Below are positions 1-9,798 of a stretch of 64,000 nucleotides of DNA, piece after piece. The notes beneath the pieces were generated by a model. The model saw only the letters and a program-made list of their open reading frames with translations. It did no database searches and was not told the DNA's origin. Position numbers and translations under genes: made by a program. Source of the stretch: Alphaproteobacteria bacterium (GTDB lineage: Bacteria; Pseudomonadota; Alphaproteobacteria; Rs-D84); the NCBI GenBank assembly GCA_031549365.1, contig JAVBPX010000005.1:17660-81659 (forward strand), given 5' to 3'. Each line of letters opens with the position of its first letter. The first letter of the stretch is position 1.

Positions 1-1608
1 ATATCCAGAATAAACAACATCGGTAATCGCCGAATCAATTGCGCGTTCTGAATAATTTTGCATGAAAGATTCACGAATTTCCGGAATATGTTCATCGGAT
101 ATTTTTATCCAATCGGACAATGATTTTTTGCCAGTATCATCCCGGCGAATTTTTGTATTATTTAATGCGTTTTTAATTTCATTTATTTCAGATTTGTGGC
201 GTTCAAAATATTCCCGTCGAGCATTCGAACACATTCCCAGTTCAATTGCCAATGGCGTTAATCGCAATGTTGCGTTGTCGGAACGTACAGTTAATCTGTA
301 TTCGGAACGCGCAGTAAACATGCGATACGGCTCATCAACACCCAATGTTGTAATATCATCAATCAATACACCAATATATGAATTTGTTCGATCCAAAACT
401 AATGGCGCCACACCCAATGCATAGGCGGCGGCATTTGCGCCGGCCACGATACCTTGGGCTGCGGCCTCTTCGTATCCCGATGTGCCATTAATTTGTCCGG
501 CAAAAAATAATCCGTTTATATCCTTGGCCTCTAACGTTTTTTTTAATACCCGCGCATCAATCGCATCATATTCAATTGCATATCCGTATTGTGAGATTTC
601 ACAATTTTCCAATCCAGGGATTGACCGAATCCATTTATCTTGAACATCCGTACCAAACGAAGTCGAAATTCCATTTGGGTAAATTAAATCTGAATTTATA
701 CCCTCGGGTTCCAAAAATACATGATGAGTATTGTGATGGGGGAATCTCATTACTTTGTCCTCTAACGAGGGGCAATAACGAACACCAACACCTGTTATTT
801 CGCCATTATACATTGGTGCAGATTTTATATTTTCACGAATTATTTCATGCGTTGTTTCATTTGTATGCGTTAAATGACAAACCATTTGTGGCAACATTTT
901 ACATTTGCTAGGCAACATTGAAAATTGTGGAACTGGGACATCGCCCGACTGAATACTGCATACAGAAAAATCAATTGAACCCTGTTTAATACGTGCTGGC
1001 GTACCGGTTTTTAAACGCATTAATGAAAATCCAGCGCGCGTTAAAATATTCGATATAAATTTATCGTTTGATTGCGGTTTCCCAAAATCATCCAGCCGCC
1101 CAGATTCGATTGTTTTGTTGCCTTGGTAAATTAATCCCCTGGTGAAAGTACCGGTTGTTATAACAATTGATTTTGAAAAATATTTATCACCATTTGAACA
1201 AGCAATCAATTTTATATCCGAATTTAAATCAATATCAATAACATCTGAAAATACAAAGTCTATACTTTCGTATTCCGATAACATTTTTTTAATTATTTTG
1301 TGATATTCATTTCGATCAATTTGGGCCCGAACTGCACGAACGGCCATACCATGCGACGCATTTAATGTTCGAAACTGAATGCCCGCACAATCCGCGGCAA
1401 CACCCATAATTCCGTCCAATGCATCAATTTCGGCCACCAATTGCGATTTACCAACTCCGCCAATACTGGGATTACAGGACATTGCCCCAATATCTGATTC
1501 TGATTTAGTAATAACCAATGTTTTGGCACCACGGCGACATGACGCGGCGGCGGCCTCGGCCCCGGCGTGTCCACAACCAATAATGATGACATCATACGTT
1601 TTTTTCAT
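1..1608 (-). CDS. mnmG: tRNA uridine 5-carboxymethylaminomethyl modification enzyme MnmG/GidA (N-terminal ~535 codons; C-terminus lies beyond the window start)
   Basis: Reverse translation from ATG at 1606-1608 reads MKKTYDVIIIGCGHAGAEAA...MSCNPSIGGVGKSQLVAEIDALDGIMGVAADCAGIQFRTLNASHGMAVRA (FAD-binding GidA N-terminus). The ORF runs off the window edge, so it is absent from the ORF track. Confidence 0.8.
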   Translation of the reverse strand, partial: MKKTYDVIIIGCGHAGAEAAAASCRRGAKTLVITKSESDIGAMSCNPSIGGVGKSQLVAEIDALDGIMGVAADCAGIQFRTLNASHGMAVRAVRAQIDRNEYHKIIKKMLSEYESIDFVFSDVIDIDLNSDIKLIACSNGDKYFSKSIVITTGTFTRGLIYQGNKTIESGRLDDFGKPQSNDKFISNILTRAGFSLMRLKTGTPARIKQGSIDFSVCSIQSGDVPVPQFSMLPSKCKMLPQMVCHLTHTNETTHEIIRENIKSAPMYNGEITGVGVRYCPSLEDKVMRFPHHNTHHVFLEPEGINSDLIYPNGISTSFGTDVQDKWIRSIPGLENCEISQYGYAIEYDAIDARVLKKTLEAKDINGLFFAGQINGTSGYEEAAAQGIVAGANAAAYALGVAPLVLDRTNSYIGVLIDDITTLGVDEPYRMFTARSEYRLTVRSDNATLRLTPLAIELGMCSNARREYFERHKSEINEIKNALNNTKIRRDDTGKKSLSDWIKISDEHIPEIRESFMQNYSERAIDSAITDVVYSGY

Positions 1609-1699
1609 AGGTTTAATTTTATCATTCCAATCAGTGATTTCAACTTGAAAATCAAAAAAATCGCAAATATAATGGATACACTTTAACAAAGGGATAAAT

Positions 1700-4600
1700 A
1701 TGAATAAAAAATACAACGCGACTACCGCCAAAGCAGACTTTCCAAATTTAGAACAATCCGTATTAAAAATGTGGTCGGATCGCGGAACTTTCAAAAAAAC
1801 GTTGAAACAAACTGAAAATGGCCAACCTTTCAGCTTCTATGACGGGCCCCCATTTGCAAATAATACCCCGCATTTGGGCCATTTGTCGGTCAGTGCGATG
1901 AAAGATATGGTTGCCCGCTTTCAAACAATGAACGGCAAACATGTTGTTCGCGAATTGGGTTGGGATTGCCATGGATTGCCCGCAGAATTGAGCGTTGAAA
2001 AACAATTCAAAAAACCGGCTTTGGACTATGTTCGCGAAAACGGCATTGCTGACTTTTGTGAAAAATGTAGTTTGGATGTTACAAAATACGCAGGCATGTG
2101 GGTTGAATATATCGATCGTTTGGGCCGTTGGGTTGATACAGACAATGGCACAGGATACCGCACCATGGATAAAAATTTCATGGAATCTGTAATCTGGACG
2201 ATCAAGGAATTATACAAAAAAGATTTAATTTTCCAAGACGTTCGCATTAATCCATTATCTTGGAAATTGGGAACTGTGTTATCCAATTTCGAAGCAAACC
2301 AAGATTATCGGGATGTTACAGATGATGCAATCACTGTTGCTTTGGACTTATCGAATGGCATGCGCGCTTTGGTTTGGACAACAACACCGTGGACATTGCC
2401 TGCGAATTCTGCGTTGGCCGTTAATCCAAATTTAAATTATGCCGTTTATCACGATGTGGATGGAAATGATTATGTTTTGGTTGAAACACGTGTCAAAGCA
2501 TATGAAAAACAATTGGTAAATGCGACATTTGTTAAAACAATTCCTGGTTCTGAATTGGTTGGTTTAACATATACTCCTCTATTCCCATATTATTTGGACC
2601 ATGAAAAGAGGGACCACTTATTTACCATTCTGGGCGGTGATTTTGTAACCGATTCTGACGGCACGGGGATTGTTCACATTGCGCCCGCATTTGGCGAGGA
2701 TGACTTTCAAATCGCACGTAACCATAACGCGGCTTTCCCAGTGATTTGCAATGTTGATGATAATGGAAATTTCACAGCAGACGTATTGGATTGGGCGAAT
2801 AAAAACATTTTTGAATCGCAACCTGAAATCATGTCAAAATTACGTGAAATGGGGCGCTTGGTCAAAAAGGAATCATACACCCATTCATATCCATATTGTG
2901 CACGTGCTGGCGAAAAATTAATTTACAAGGCAACAAACAGTTTTTACGTTGATGTTCCAAAAATTCGGGAACAACTAATCGCAAATAATAAAAAAGTTAA
3001 TTGGATAACTGGCGGCGGCCGTTTTGAAAAATGGATCGAAGGTGCTCGCGCTTGGTCGATTTCGCGCAACCGTTATTTCGGTGTTCCGATTCCTGTTTGG
3101 GTTTCCGACAATCCACAATATCCACGTATGGATGTTTATGGATCGATTGCTGAAATTGAAAATGATTTTGATGTTAAATTGAATGATTTACACCGACCTT
3201 CTCTGGATCCATTAACTCGTCCAAATCCCGATGATCCAACGGGATCATCCACAATGCGTCGTGTAACAGATGTTTTGGATTGCTGGTTTGAATCTGGTTC
3301 AATGCCATGGGCATCGTTACATTATCCATTTGAAAATGTGGATCGTTTCGAAAAAACATTCCCTGCTGATTATATTATCGAGGGGATGGATCAAACACGT
3401 GGATGGTTTTATACTTTGATGGTGTTGGCGACAGCCTTGTTTGATAAACCAGCGTTTATGACGGTTACTGCAAATGGTTTAACATTGGATGAAAACAAGA
3501 AAAAAATGTCCAAGAGCTTGGGCAATTATTCAGATCCATCCGAAATGTTTAAAAAATATGGCGCTGATTCAATTCGTTTATACGTATTGGGATCCCCATT
3601 ATTCAAGGGCGAACCAATCAGTATAGACAAGGCCGGATCCGTATTCGCAAAAACATTACAATCAACATTAATTCCATTGTGGAATGCATACCATTTGTTC
3701 ACATTGTATGCGAATGCTGACAATGTTGTGGCAAATGAAAATTATAATTCATCGGATGTTTTGGATCGATACATTTTAAATAAAATGAATGATTTGATTA
3801 ATGATGTTACATCGTCATTATCCGCATATTCAACCGATACTGCGGTTCGTCAAATCACAACTTTTATCGATGTGTTAAACAATTGGTATATTCGTCGTTC
3901 CCGCGAACGTTTCTGGAATGGGGATCAATCCGCATTTGATACGTTATACACAGTATTAATTACATTGTGTAAATTGATGGCACCATTAACACCATTTATT
4001 ACCGAATCTATTTATACAAATTTAACTGGTTTGGAATCGGTTCATTTGTGCAAATGGCCAGTCGCAAATAAAATGAGTGAATTTGACCATAAATTGGTAA
4101 TGGATATGGATCGTGTTCAAATGATTTCAGCCACGGCGAAAGCATTGCGTGAACAATTTGGATTACGCAATCGTCTGCCATTATCGTCAATGACGGTTGC
4201 CGGATGGAATGCGCCGGAATATACTGAAATTTTGGCGGATGAATTGAATGTTAAAAATGTGATTTTCACAGAAACATATGAAACCGTTGCCGATCCATTT
4301 TTGTATTTGATTACTCCGAAAATTGGTGCCAGACTGGGCGCACATTTGTCCAAAATTATTCCGGCATCGAAATCGGGTGATTATAAATTGGTTGGCGATA
4401 AATTGGAAATTGCTGGACAAACATTGAATTCGGATGAATTTGAAATTCGTTTAAATGTTAAACCAAATGTATCGGGCGCAACATTGCCTGATAATACCGC
4501 AGTTGTTATATTGGATACATTTGTAACTCCGGAATTGGCCGCCGAAGGAATGGCCCGCGATACAATTCGTTTTATCCAGGATACTCGCAAAGAAATGAAT

Positions 4601-4786
4601 TTAAATGTATCCGATCGAATTTCGATTGTTTATGAAACCGACGACGAATTATCAAATGCTATTAATACGCATTTAGATATGATTTCTGAAAACGTGTTGG
4701 CAACCGCCATTTCGGCCGGAAAATCCGACGCATTTACAACCGAAATCGAAGGTCATAAATTATCAATTTCGATTACGAAAAATTGA
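1700..4786 (+). CDS. ileS: isoleucyl-tRNA synthetase, type 2 (eukaryote-like)
   Basis: 1028 aa; HIGH-type motif PHLGHL, KMSKS motif (KKKMSKSLGN); length and N-terminus typical of Rickettsiales-type IleRS. Confidence 0.9.
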   Translation: MNKKYNATTAKADFPNLEQSVLKMWSDRGTFKKTLKQTENGQPFSFYDGPPFANNTPHLGHLSVSAMKDMVARFQTMNGKHVVRELGWDCHGLPAELSVEKQFKKPALDYVRENGIADFCEKCSLDVTKYAGMWVEYIDRLGRWVDTDNGTGYRTMDKNFMESVIWTIKELYKKDLIFQDVRINPLSWKLGTVLSNFEANQDYRDVTDDAITVALDLSNGMRALVWTTTPWTLPANSALAVNPNLNYAVYHDVDGNDYVLVETRVKAYEKQLVNATFVKTIPGSELVGLTYTPLFPYYLDHEKRDHLFTILGGDFVTDSDGTGIVHIAPAFGEDDFQIARNHNAAFPVICNVDDNGNFTADVLDWANKNIFESQPEIMSKLREMGRLVKKESYTHSYPYCARAGEKLIYKATNSFYVDVPKIREQLIANNKKVNWITGGGRFEKWIEGARAWSISRNRYFGVPIPVWVSDNPQYPRMDVYGSIAEIENDFDVKLNDLHRPSLDPLTRPNPDDPTGSSTMRRVTDVLDCWFESGSMPWASLHYPFENVDRFEKTFPADYIIEGMDQTRGWFYTLMVLATALFDKPAFMTVTANGLTLDENKKKMSKSLGNYSDPSEMFKKYGADSIRLYVLGSPLFKGEPISIDKAGSVFAKTLQSTLIPLWNAYHLFTLYANADNVVANENYNSSDVLDRYILNKMNDLINDVTSSLSAYSTDTAVRQITTFIDVLNNWYIRRSRERFWNGDQSAFDTLYTVLITLCKLMAPLTPFITESIYTNLTGLESVHLCKWPVANKMSEFDHKLVMDMDRVQMISATAKALREQFGLRNRLPLSSMTVAGWNAPEYTEILADELNVKNVIFTETYETVADPFLYLITPKIGARLGAHLSKIIPASKSGDYKLVGDKLEIAGQTLNSDEFEIRLNVKPNVSGATLPDNTAVVILDTFVTPELAAEGMARDTIRFIQDTRKEMNLNVSDRISIVYETDDELSNAINTHLDMISENVLATAISAGKSDAFTTEIEGHKLSISITKN

Positions 4787-4800
4787 TTTGTTTGTGCATT

Positions 4801-4840
4801 GTTAATTCGAGAATAAAATTTCGTTATTTCCCGAATTAAC
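4801..4840. repeat. 40-bp perfect-dyad palindromic intergenic element (copy 1 of 7)
   Basis: gttaattcgagaataaaatttcgttatttcccgaattaac; inverted termini gttaatt.c / g.aattaac; sits between the convergent ileS and adk. Confidence 0.7.
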
Positions 4841-4918
4841 AATGGAACTATAATTTTTGTTTTATAAAAATGAGAAAAATACTCTTATGAAATAAAATCC
4901 TCAATTTGGGGATTTTAT

Positions 4919-5533
4919 TTATGCTGATTTAATCTTTCGTTTATTCAAAATCAAATTTATATTATTTTGGATACTTTCGACTGAATCGCCGGCATTTACG
5001 TAATTAACTCGACCCACTTTTTCAAAATGTTTTATAACCGGTCTGGTTTTTTCATTGTATTCAAAAAACCGCTGATTAATAATGTCATTGTTGATATCAT
5101 CCAATCGCCCCGAATTTTTTCCGCGTGAAATTATTCGCTGTTGGCTCATTTCATCGGAAATCGCAAAATAAAATACTATCAATTGATTATGAAAAACGTT
5201 TCTCTGACTGACTTTTTTAAATAATCTTGTTAATAATTTCGCCTGATCCATTGTACGTGGTGCGCCGTCCATAATAACACCGTTTTTGCAATCTGGTTGA
5301 TTTACACGCGCAATTATTAATTTTGCAATAATTTCATCCGGCACCAATTTTCCCATTGCCATATATATTTTTGCAATGCGTCCCAAATTTGTTCCCAACG
5401 CAATATTTTCACGCAATAATTCACCCACATCAATATGCGGATAATTGATATGTTTTGATAACAAATTTGCCTGGGTTCCTTTGCCCGAACCGGGCGCACC
5501 CATAAATAAAATTAAATTTTTCGAACTTTCCAT
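4919..5533 (-). CDS. adk: adenylate kinase
   Basis: MESSKNLILFMGAPGSGKGTQ P-loop at the N-terminus. Start chosen at the internal ATG (5531-5533), not the TTG-extended ORF, because the P-loop normally lies within the first ~15 residues. Confidence 0.85.
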   Translation of the reverse strand: MESSKNLILFMGAPGSGKGTQANLLSKHINYPHIDVGELLRENIALGTNLGRIAKIYMAMGKLVPDEIIAKLIIARVNQPDCKNGVIMDGAPRTMDQAKLLTRLFKKVSQRNVFHNQLIVFYFAISDEMSQQRIISRGKNSGRLDDINNDIINQRFFEYNEKTRPVIKHFEKVGRVNYVNAGDSVESIQNNINLILNKRKIKSA

Positions 5534-5610
5534 TTTACAATTTTCCAACTTAAAATGGGGGCATACCGAAGTTAATCGGATTGCCCCCCTGATCAAATTT
5601 AACAACTGGA

Positions 5611-6894
5611 TTATTTTGCGTCGTGCGACTTAAATAATTCGGTTGCTTCAACTTTTTTCTCTTTGGTTTTAACCAATTCCAACATTTTATCCAATACTTT
5701 TTGTTCATACAAAATTCCACGCAACATTGATACTGCTTGGCGATTTTTGGAATAGTAATCAAACACAGCTTCGTGTTGGCCTGGATATTTCATCGCTTCT
5801 TGGAAAATTGCTTGTTGGATTTCATCCTGAGTTACTTCAATTTTGTTTTGATTTCCCCATTCTGCCAAAATTAACCCCAATTTAACACGACGTTCCGCTT
5901 CTTTTTTCGCAGATTTTTCATCGAATTTTTCGCCATCGTGTTCCGATTGATGCTTTGCCATTTCAACTTCTTGGGATACCAATGTTTCTGGCACATCCAT
6001 TTTTACTTTGTCTGACAATGTTTCCAACAATTCTTCTTTCATGTCGCGAATTGATGCCAATTTATATTGTTCTGCCAAAATTTTGCGAATGTGTTCCATC
6101 AAAGCATCCAATGATTCTTGGCCCACTTCTTTGGCCAAGGCATCGTTGATTTCTGGAATTACATTTTTGCGCAATCCGTGCAGTACGATTTCGAATTTAA
6201 CTTGTTTGCCCGCCAATTCTTTGGAATGATAATCGGATGGAAAAGTTACATTAATATCAAATTTTCCACGTTTTTTTCCAACGATTGCTTCTTCGAATCC
6301 TGGGATAAAACTATTTGATCCCAATTCCAGCATGTGATGTTTGGCTTCGCCGCCTTCGAATGGCGTGTCGCCCAAAAATCCCTTGAAATCGATGTCGGCA
6401 ACATGGCCAATTTCAGCCGAAATATCTTCTTCGATTTTTTCAGAAACACGACGTGATTTCGCCAAATTGATTAATCCGCGTTGAACTTCTTCTTCGTCAA
6501 TGTCGGCAACTTTTTTGGTAAGCGTTATTTTTTCCAATTCAATTTTTGGCAATGGTGGCAAAATATCAAATTCCAGAGTGTATTCGACGTCTTTACCCTC
6601 TTCCATTTTTTCAACTTTGGCATCCGGAGATCCCGCCAAACGAATTTTATGCTCGGTTGCATATGCATCCATATCGGCATTCATCATATTGTTGATTGTT
6701 TCATGCATAACTGATGAGCCGTATTTTTGGCGCAATACATCCAACGGAATATGTCCAGGGCGAAAACCAGCAATTTTAGCTGTTTTGCCATGTTCCATTA
6801 AAATTTTATCTGATTCTGCTTGGATGTCGGCAACAGACAAAACACCATGAACAACATAATGCAAGTCTTTGATTTTATCTTTTTTGATGGCCAT
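5611..6894 (-). CDS. tig: trigger factor
   Basis: 427 aa; N-terminal ribosome-binding domain, PPIase region GFRPGHIPLDVLRQKYG. Confidence 0.9.
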   Translation of the reverse strand: MAIKKDKIKDLHYVVHGVLSVADIQAESDKILMEHGKTAKIAGFRPGHIPLDVLRQKYGSSVMHETINNMMNADMDAYATEHKIRLAGSPDAKVEKMEEGKDVEYTLEFDILPPLPKIELEKITLTKKVADIDEEEVQRGLINLAKSRRVSEKIEEDISAEIGHVADIDFKGFLGDTPFEGGEAKHHMLELGSNSFIPGFEEAIVGKKRGKFDINVTFPSDYHSKELAGKQVKFEIVLHGLRKNVIPEINDALAKEVGQESLDALMEHIRKILAEQYKLASIRDMKEELLETLSDKVKMDVPETLVSQEVEMAKHQSEHDGEKFDEKSAKKEAERRVKLGLILAEWGNQNKIEVTQDEIQQAIFQEAMKYPGQHEAVFDYYSKNRQAVSMLRGILYEQKVLDKMLELVKTKEKKVEATELFKSHDAK

Positions 6895-6994
6895 GATTTT
6901 ATCCTTAAAATTTTATATATTATATAAATTGCAAAATCCCCGTTGGCAATATTGCGTCCATGAATGAACACTCTGCCAATGGGGATAATTGTTT

Positions 6995-7429
6995 TTATCG
7001 TTTCGAGAACTGAGTCGATCTACGCGCTTTTCTGAATCCGTAATGTTTACGTTCAACAGTACGTGAATCGCGGGTCAAGAAACCTTCTTTCTTTAATGAT
7101 GTGCGCAACTCTGGTTCAATCAAAGTCAAAGCTTTGGAAATACCGTGTTTAACGGCACCGGCTTGACCTGATAATCCACCGCCAACAACGGTTGCGAATA
7201 CATCATATTGTCCTTCGCGTTTTGCAATGCCAAATGGTTGGCGCAAAATCATTTGCAATACTGGACGTTTAAAATATTCGTTCATATCACGATCGTTTAC
7301 AACAATGTTTCCTTTGCCTGGGGCCAAGAATACGCGAGCAACTGAATCTTTGCGTTTTCCGGTTGCATAAACTTTCATTTTGTTTGTTGTTACTTTTGCA
7401 ACAGCAACTGTTTCTTTTTTGGCAACCAT
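6995..7429 (-). CDS. rpsI: 30S ribosomal protein S9
   Basis: C-terminus ...[25 protein letters not shown]; alphaproteobacterial-style N-terminal extension. Confidence 0.9.
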   Translation of the reverse strand: MVAKKETVAVAKVTTNKMKVYATGKRKDSVARVFLAPGKGNIVVNDRDMNEYFKRPVLQMILRQPFGIAKREGQYDVFATVVGGGLSGQAGAVKHGISKALTLIEPELRTSLKKEGFLTRDSRTVERKHYGFRKARRSTQFSKR

Positions 7430-7899
7430 TATGCGCTCCTTTTATTTTTAACGTTCAAGCTTGCGAAATCAACAACAACTGGCTTTTGCGCAGTGTGTTT
7501 GTGTTCAGCGCCGGCGTAAATATGCAATTTTGTTAAACGCAAATCGGATAAAGCTGTTGAATTACGGCGTCCCATCATGCGTTTCACAGCATTGAATACC
7601 AATTCAGTTGGTTTTTCAGCGCGCATTTGACCCAATGTACGGGATTTCAAACCGCCAGTCCAACCAGAATGCCAATGAAACTCGTCTTTGTCTGCTTTGT
7701 TACCAGTCAATGCGATTTTATCAGCATTAATGATAACAACGTGATCGCCACCATCCATGTGTGGCGTGTATGTTGCTTTGTTTTTACCGCGTAAAACGTT
7801 TGCAGCGTATGCTGCCAAACGTCCCAACACGATATCCGTGGCGTCAATCAAAATCCATTGTGGATTTAAATCGCCCTTTTTCAGATTCGGTGTACCCAT
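7429..7899 (-). CDS. rplM: 50S ribosomal protein L13
   Basis: [17 protein letters not shown]...[22 protein letters not shown]; its stop overlaps the rpsI start (TAATG). Confidence 0.9.
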   Translation of the reverse strand: MGTPNLKKGDLNPQWILIDATDIVLGRLAAYAANVLRGKNKATYTPHMDGGDHVVIINADKIALTGNKADKDEFHWHSGWTGGLKSRTLGQMRAEKPTELVFNAVKRMMGRRNSTALSDLRLTKLHIYAGAEHKHTAQKPVVVDFASLNVKNKRSA

Positions 7900-8035
7900 T
7901 GTTTTTTCCTCTTGGTTAACGGGTGTATTTTATGAATAATTTTACACAAGTCAAGAAAAAACGCAAAAATCCGCACAAATTTCGTATATGGTATTTTAAT
8001 ACCGCATTTAAAACCAACAACTTTATGCTGCTTAT

Positions 8036-8070
8036 GTCATTGCTTGGGGTCGCGACTCTGCGGCAATGAC
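8036..8070. repeat. REP-like palindrome (gtcattgc...gcaatgac), related to the copy at 37378
   Basis: gtcattgcttggggtcgcgactctgcggcaatgac; shares tgtcattgc and g.cgactc.g.gg with 37378-37405. Confidence 0.5.
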
Positions 8071-8112
8071 TGCAATTGATGTTATATACCGCTAAACCCT
8101 TTCTCGCACCTA

Positions 8113-8152
8113 GTTAATTTCAGGAAAATTTCAAATTTTCTCTGGAATTAAC
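8113..8152. repeat. 40-bp palindromic intergenic element (copy 2)
   Basis: gttaatttcaggaaaatttcaaattttctctggaattaac. Confidence 0.7.
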
Positions 8153-8225
8153 AATATCAACCATAATTATTGAATTAAAATATAATTTTTGTTATCATTG
8201 TCGGGTAATCCAAGGGGAATAAATT

Positions 8226-8363
8226 ATGAAAAAATTATTAATATTATTTGCAATCGTGCTGCCTTTGGCCGCATGCTGTAATTGTTCGCGCGAACCAATC
8301 GTTGCTGAAAATGCTGCGTTAATAATACCGCCACATGTTGAACAGACGCCGGACGCCAATTAA
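8226..8363 (+). CDS. small putative lipoprotein (45 aa)
   Basis: MKKLLILFAIVLPLAACCNCSREPIVAENAALIIPPHVEQTPDAN; lipobox L-A-A-C; below the ORF-track size cutoff. Confidence 0.3.
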   Translation: MKKLLILFAIVLPLAACCNCSREPIVAENAALIIPPHVEQTPDAN

Positions 8364-8385
8364 ACTTGCGCGCGCACCAAAATTG

Positions 8386-8394
8386 TGGTATAAT
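8386..8394 (+). promoter_or_regulatory. extended -10 (TGgTATAAT) upstream of the VirB2-like gene
   Basis: tggtataat 27 nt upstream of the GGAG ribosome-binding site and the ATG at 8421. Confidence 0.35.
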
Positions 8395-8420
8395 TAGCCG
8401 TATAAGTGAAGGAGATCACC

Positions 8421-8768
8421 ATGAAATTTACAAATAAATACTTAAAACCAATGGCTTTGGCCGCATTTGTAATGGCTGCAACCGTATCAACCGGGTACGC
8501 CGATGTGCCAGATGTTCAGGTTGGCAAATTAAGCGCCGAAATGTTCAAAATTTTCAAAATTCTGCGCAGCTTGGCCTTTATTGGCGCTGCATTCATCCTG
8601 GCTGGCAAGGCATGGGGCTGGATCAAAGCGGGTAAAGTTGAATGGGAAAACGAAATGAAAGGATCTGGTATGGCCATGATCGTTGGATTCTTTGTTCTGT
8701 TTTCAATCGGAATGATTATTGGCCTGTTTATCCCCGAGGGCGGAAACGTTGTATCAGCTTGGAAATAA
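8421..8768 (+). CDS. TrbC/VirB2-like T4SS pilin candidate
   Basis: Signal peptide MKFTNKYLKPMALAAFVMAATVSTGYA, then two hydrophobic helices split by a charged loop (LAFIGAAFILAGKAWGWIKAGKVEWENEMKGSGMAMIVGFFVLFSIGMIIGLF); ~90-aa mature length typical of VirB2/RvhB2; GGAG RBS. Confidence 0.45.
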   Translation: MKFTNKYLKPMALAAFVMAATVSTGYADVPDVQVGKLSAEMFKIFKILRSLAFIGAAFILAGKAWGWIKAGKVEWENEMKGSGMAMIVGFFVLFSIGMIIGLFIPEGGNVVSAWK

Positions 8769-8784
8769 ATGGCACGCAATTCTT

Positions 8785-8810
8785 AAAAACCCCGATAATC
8801 GGGGTTTTTA
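8785..8810 (+). terminator. rho-independent terminator
   Basis: aaaaaccccgataatcggggttttta. Confidence 0.7.
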
Positions 8811-8829
8811 TTTATAAAGGGGATAACAT

Positions 8830-9384
8830 ATGACATTATTACAATTATTGGATATTATAAATATTGTTTGTTGGGTGTTTTTGGCTGTTTTTTTGATTAC
8901 AACTGTTGTGCCCAGTACAATTTTTAAAATGACCCCACCATATCCATCGCAACACGTTATGCGTCAAGCCCTGATTGACGCCATTAAAAAATATTATCCC
9001 AATGCAAAAACATTAATTGATATTGGCTCTGGCTGGGGTGGATTGGCACGAATGGTTGGAAAACAAAACCCAAATATGCGTATTGTTGGTTTGGAATATT
9101 TACCATTACCGTGGGCGTGTTCCAAAATTGTACGTTTTTTTATGGGGCCCCGTAATGTTCGATTTATTTACGCGAATGCGTTCAAATATATCCCTAAACA
9201 TCCGTCTGATATCGGCGTTTCATACTTGTTGAAAAAATCAATGCCTCGCGTTAATGAAATGTCCAAATATTTCCGAGTTTTAATTGTTTTGGATTTTCCG
9301 ATACCGGATCGAGAACCAACACATGTCATTGATTTACATCATGACGAATTGGGAAAACACCGGATTTTTGTTTATGAAAATTAA
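8830..9384 (+). CDS. class I SAM-dependent methyltransferase with an N-terminal TM helix
   Basis: Motif I DIGSGWGGLA; N-terminal hydrophobic segment. Confidence 0.6.
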   Translation: MTLLQLLDIINIVCWVFLAVFLITTVVPSTIFKMTPPYPSQHVMRQALIDAIKKYYPNAKTLIDIGSGWGGLARMVGKQNPNMRIVGLEYLPLPWACSKIVRFFMGPRNVRFIYANAFKYIPKHPSDIGVSYLLKKSMPRVNEMSKYFRVLIVLDFPIPDREPTHVIDLHHDELGKHRIFVYEN

Positions 9385-9396
9385 TAGCGAGTTATT

Positions 9397-9436
9397 GTTA
9401 ATTTCAGAATAATTAAAAACTATTTCCGAAATCAAC
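9397..9436. repeat. 40-bp palindromic intergenic element (copy 3)
   Basis: gttaatttcagaataattaaaaactatttccgaaatcaac. Confidence 0.7.
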
Positions 9437-9571
9437 AAGATTCGCAATAACAAAAAAATGATATTTTGCTGGGGCGTTTGTGTCATCGAGAGTCAATTTA
9501 TTGACACGGCAATCTTTGCAATTTGATTTAATTAGTGATATAATGTTCATGTATAACCACAGGAATTTAAT

Positions 9572-9700
9572 ATGCCATTAAAACGTAAAAACAACACAAA
9601 AAAATACTTAATTATCGGCGTTTTGATAATTTTGGTCGTATTGATGATTGTATCAATGCCGGCACCCGATCATGTAACCGAAGTTGTGTTGCATCAATAG
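9572..9700 (+). CDS. small hydrophobic peptide (42 aa), hypothetical
   Basis: MPLKRKNNTKKYLIIGVLIILVVLMIVSMPAPDHVTEVVLHQ; single TM helix; flanked by palindromic elements 3 and 4. Confidence 0.25.
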   Translation: MPLKRKNNTKKYLIIGVLIILVVLMIVSMPAPDHVTEVVLHQ

Positions 9701-9711
9701 ATATTAATGTT

Positions 9712-9751
9712 GTTAATTTCAGGAAAATTGAAAATTTTCTCCGAAATTAAC
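9712..9751. repeat. 40-bp palindromic intergenic element (copy 4)
   Basis: gttaatttcaggaaaattgaaaattttctccgaaattaac (near-perfect dyad). Confidence 0.7.
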
Positions 9752-9798
9752 AATGATAAAAACAATGGGCAATAAATATAAAATTATTGAATTTATAA

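Noticed and set aside
62-911. ORFs 62-424(+) and 576-911(+) at the window start
   Set aside because: Antisense to the clearly coding mnmG frame on the minus strand; no domain features. Treated as spurious.
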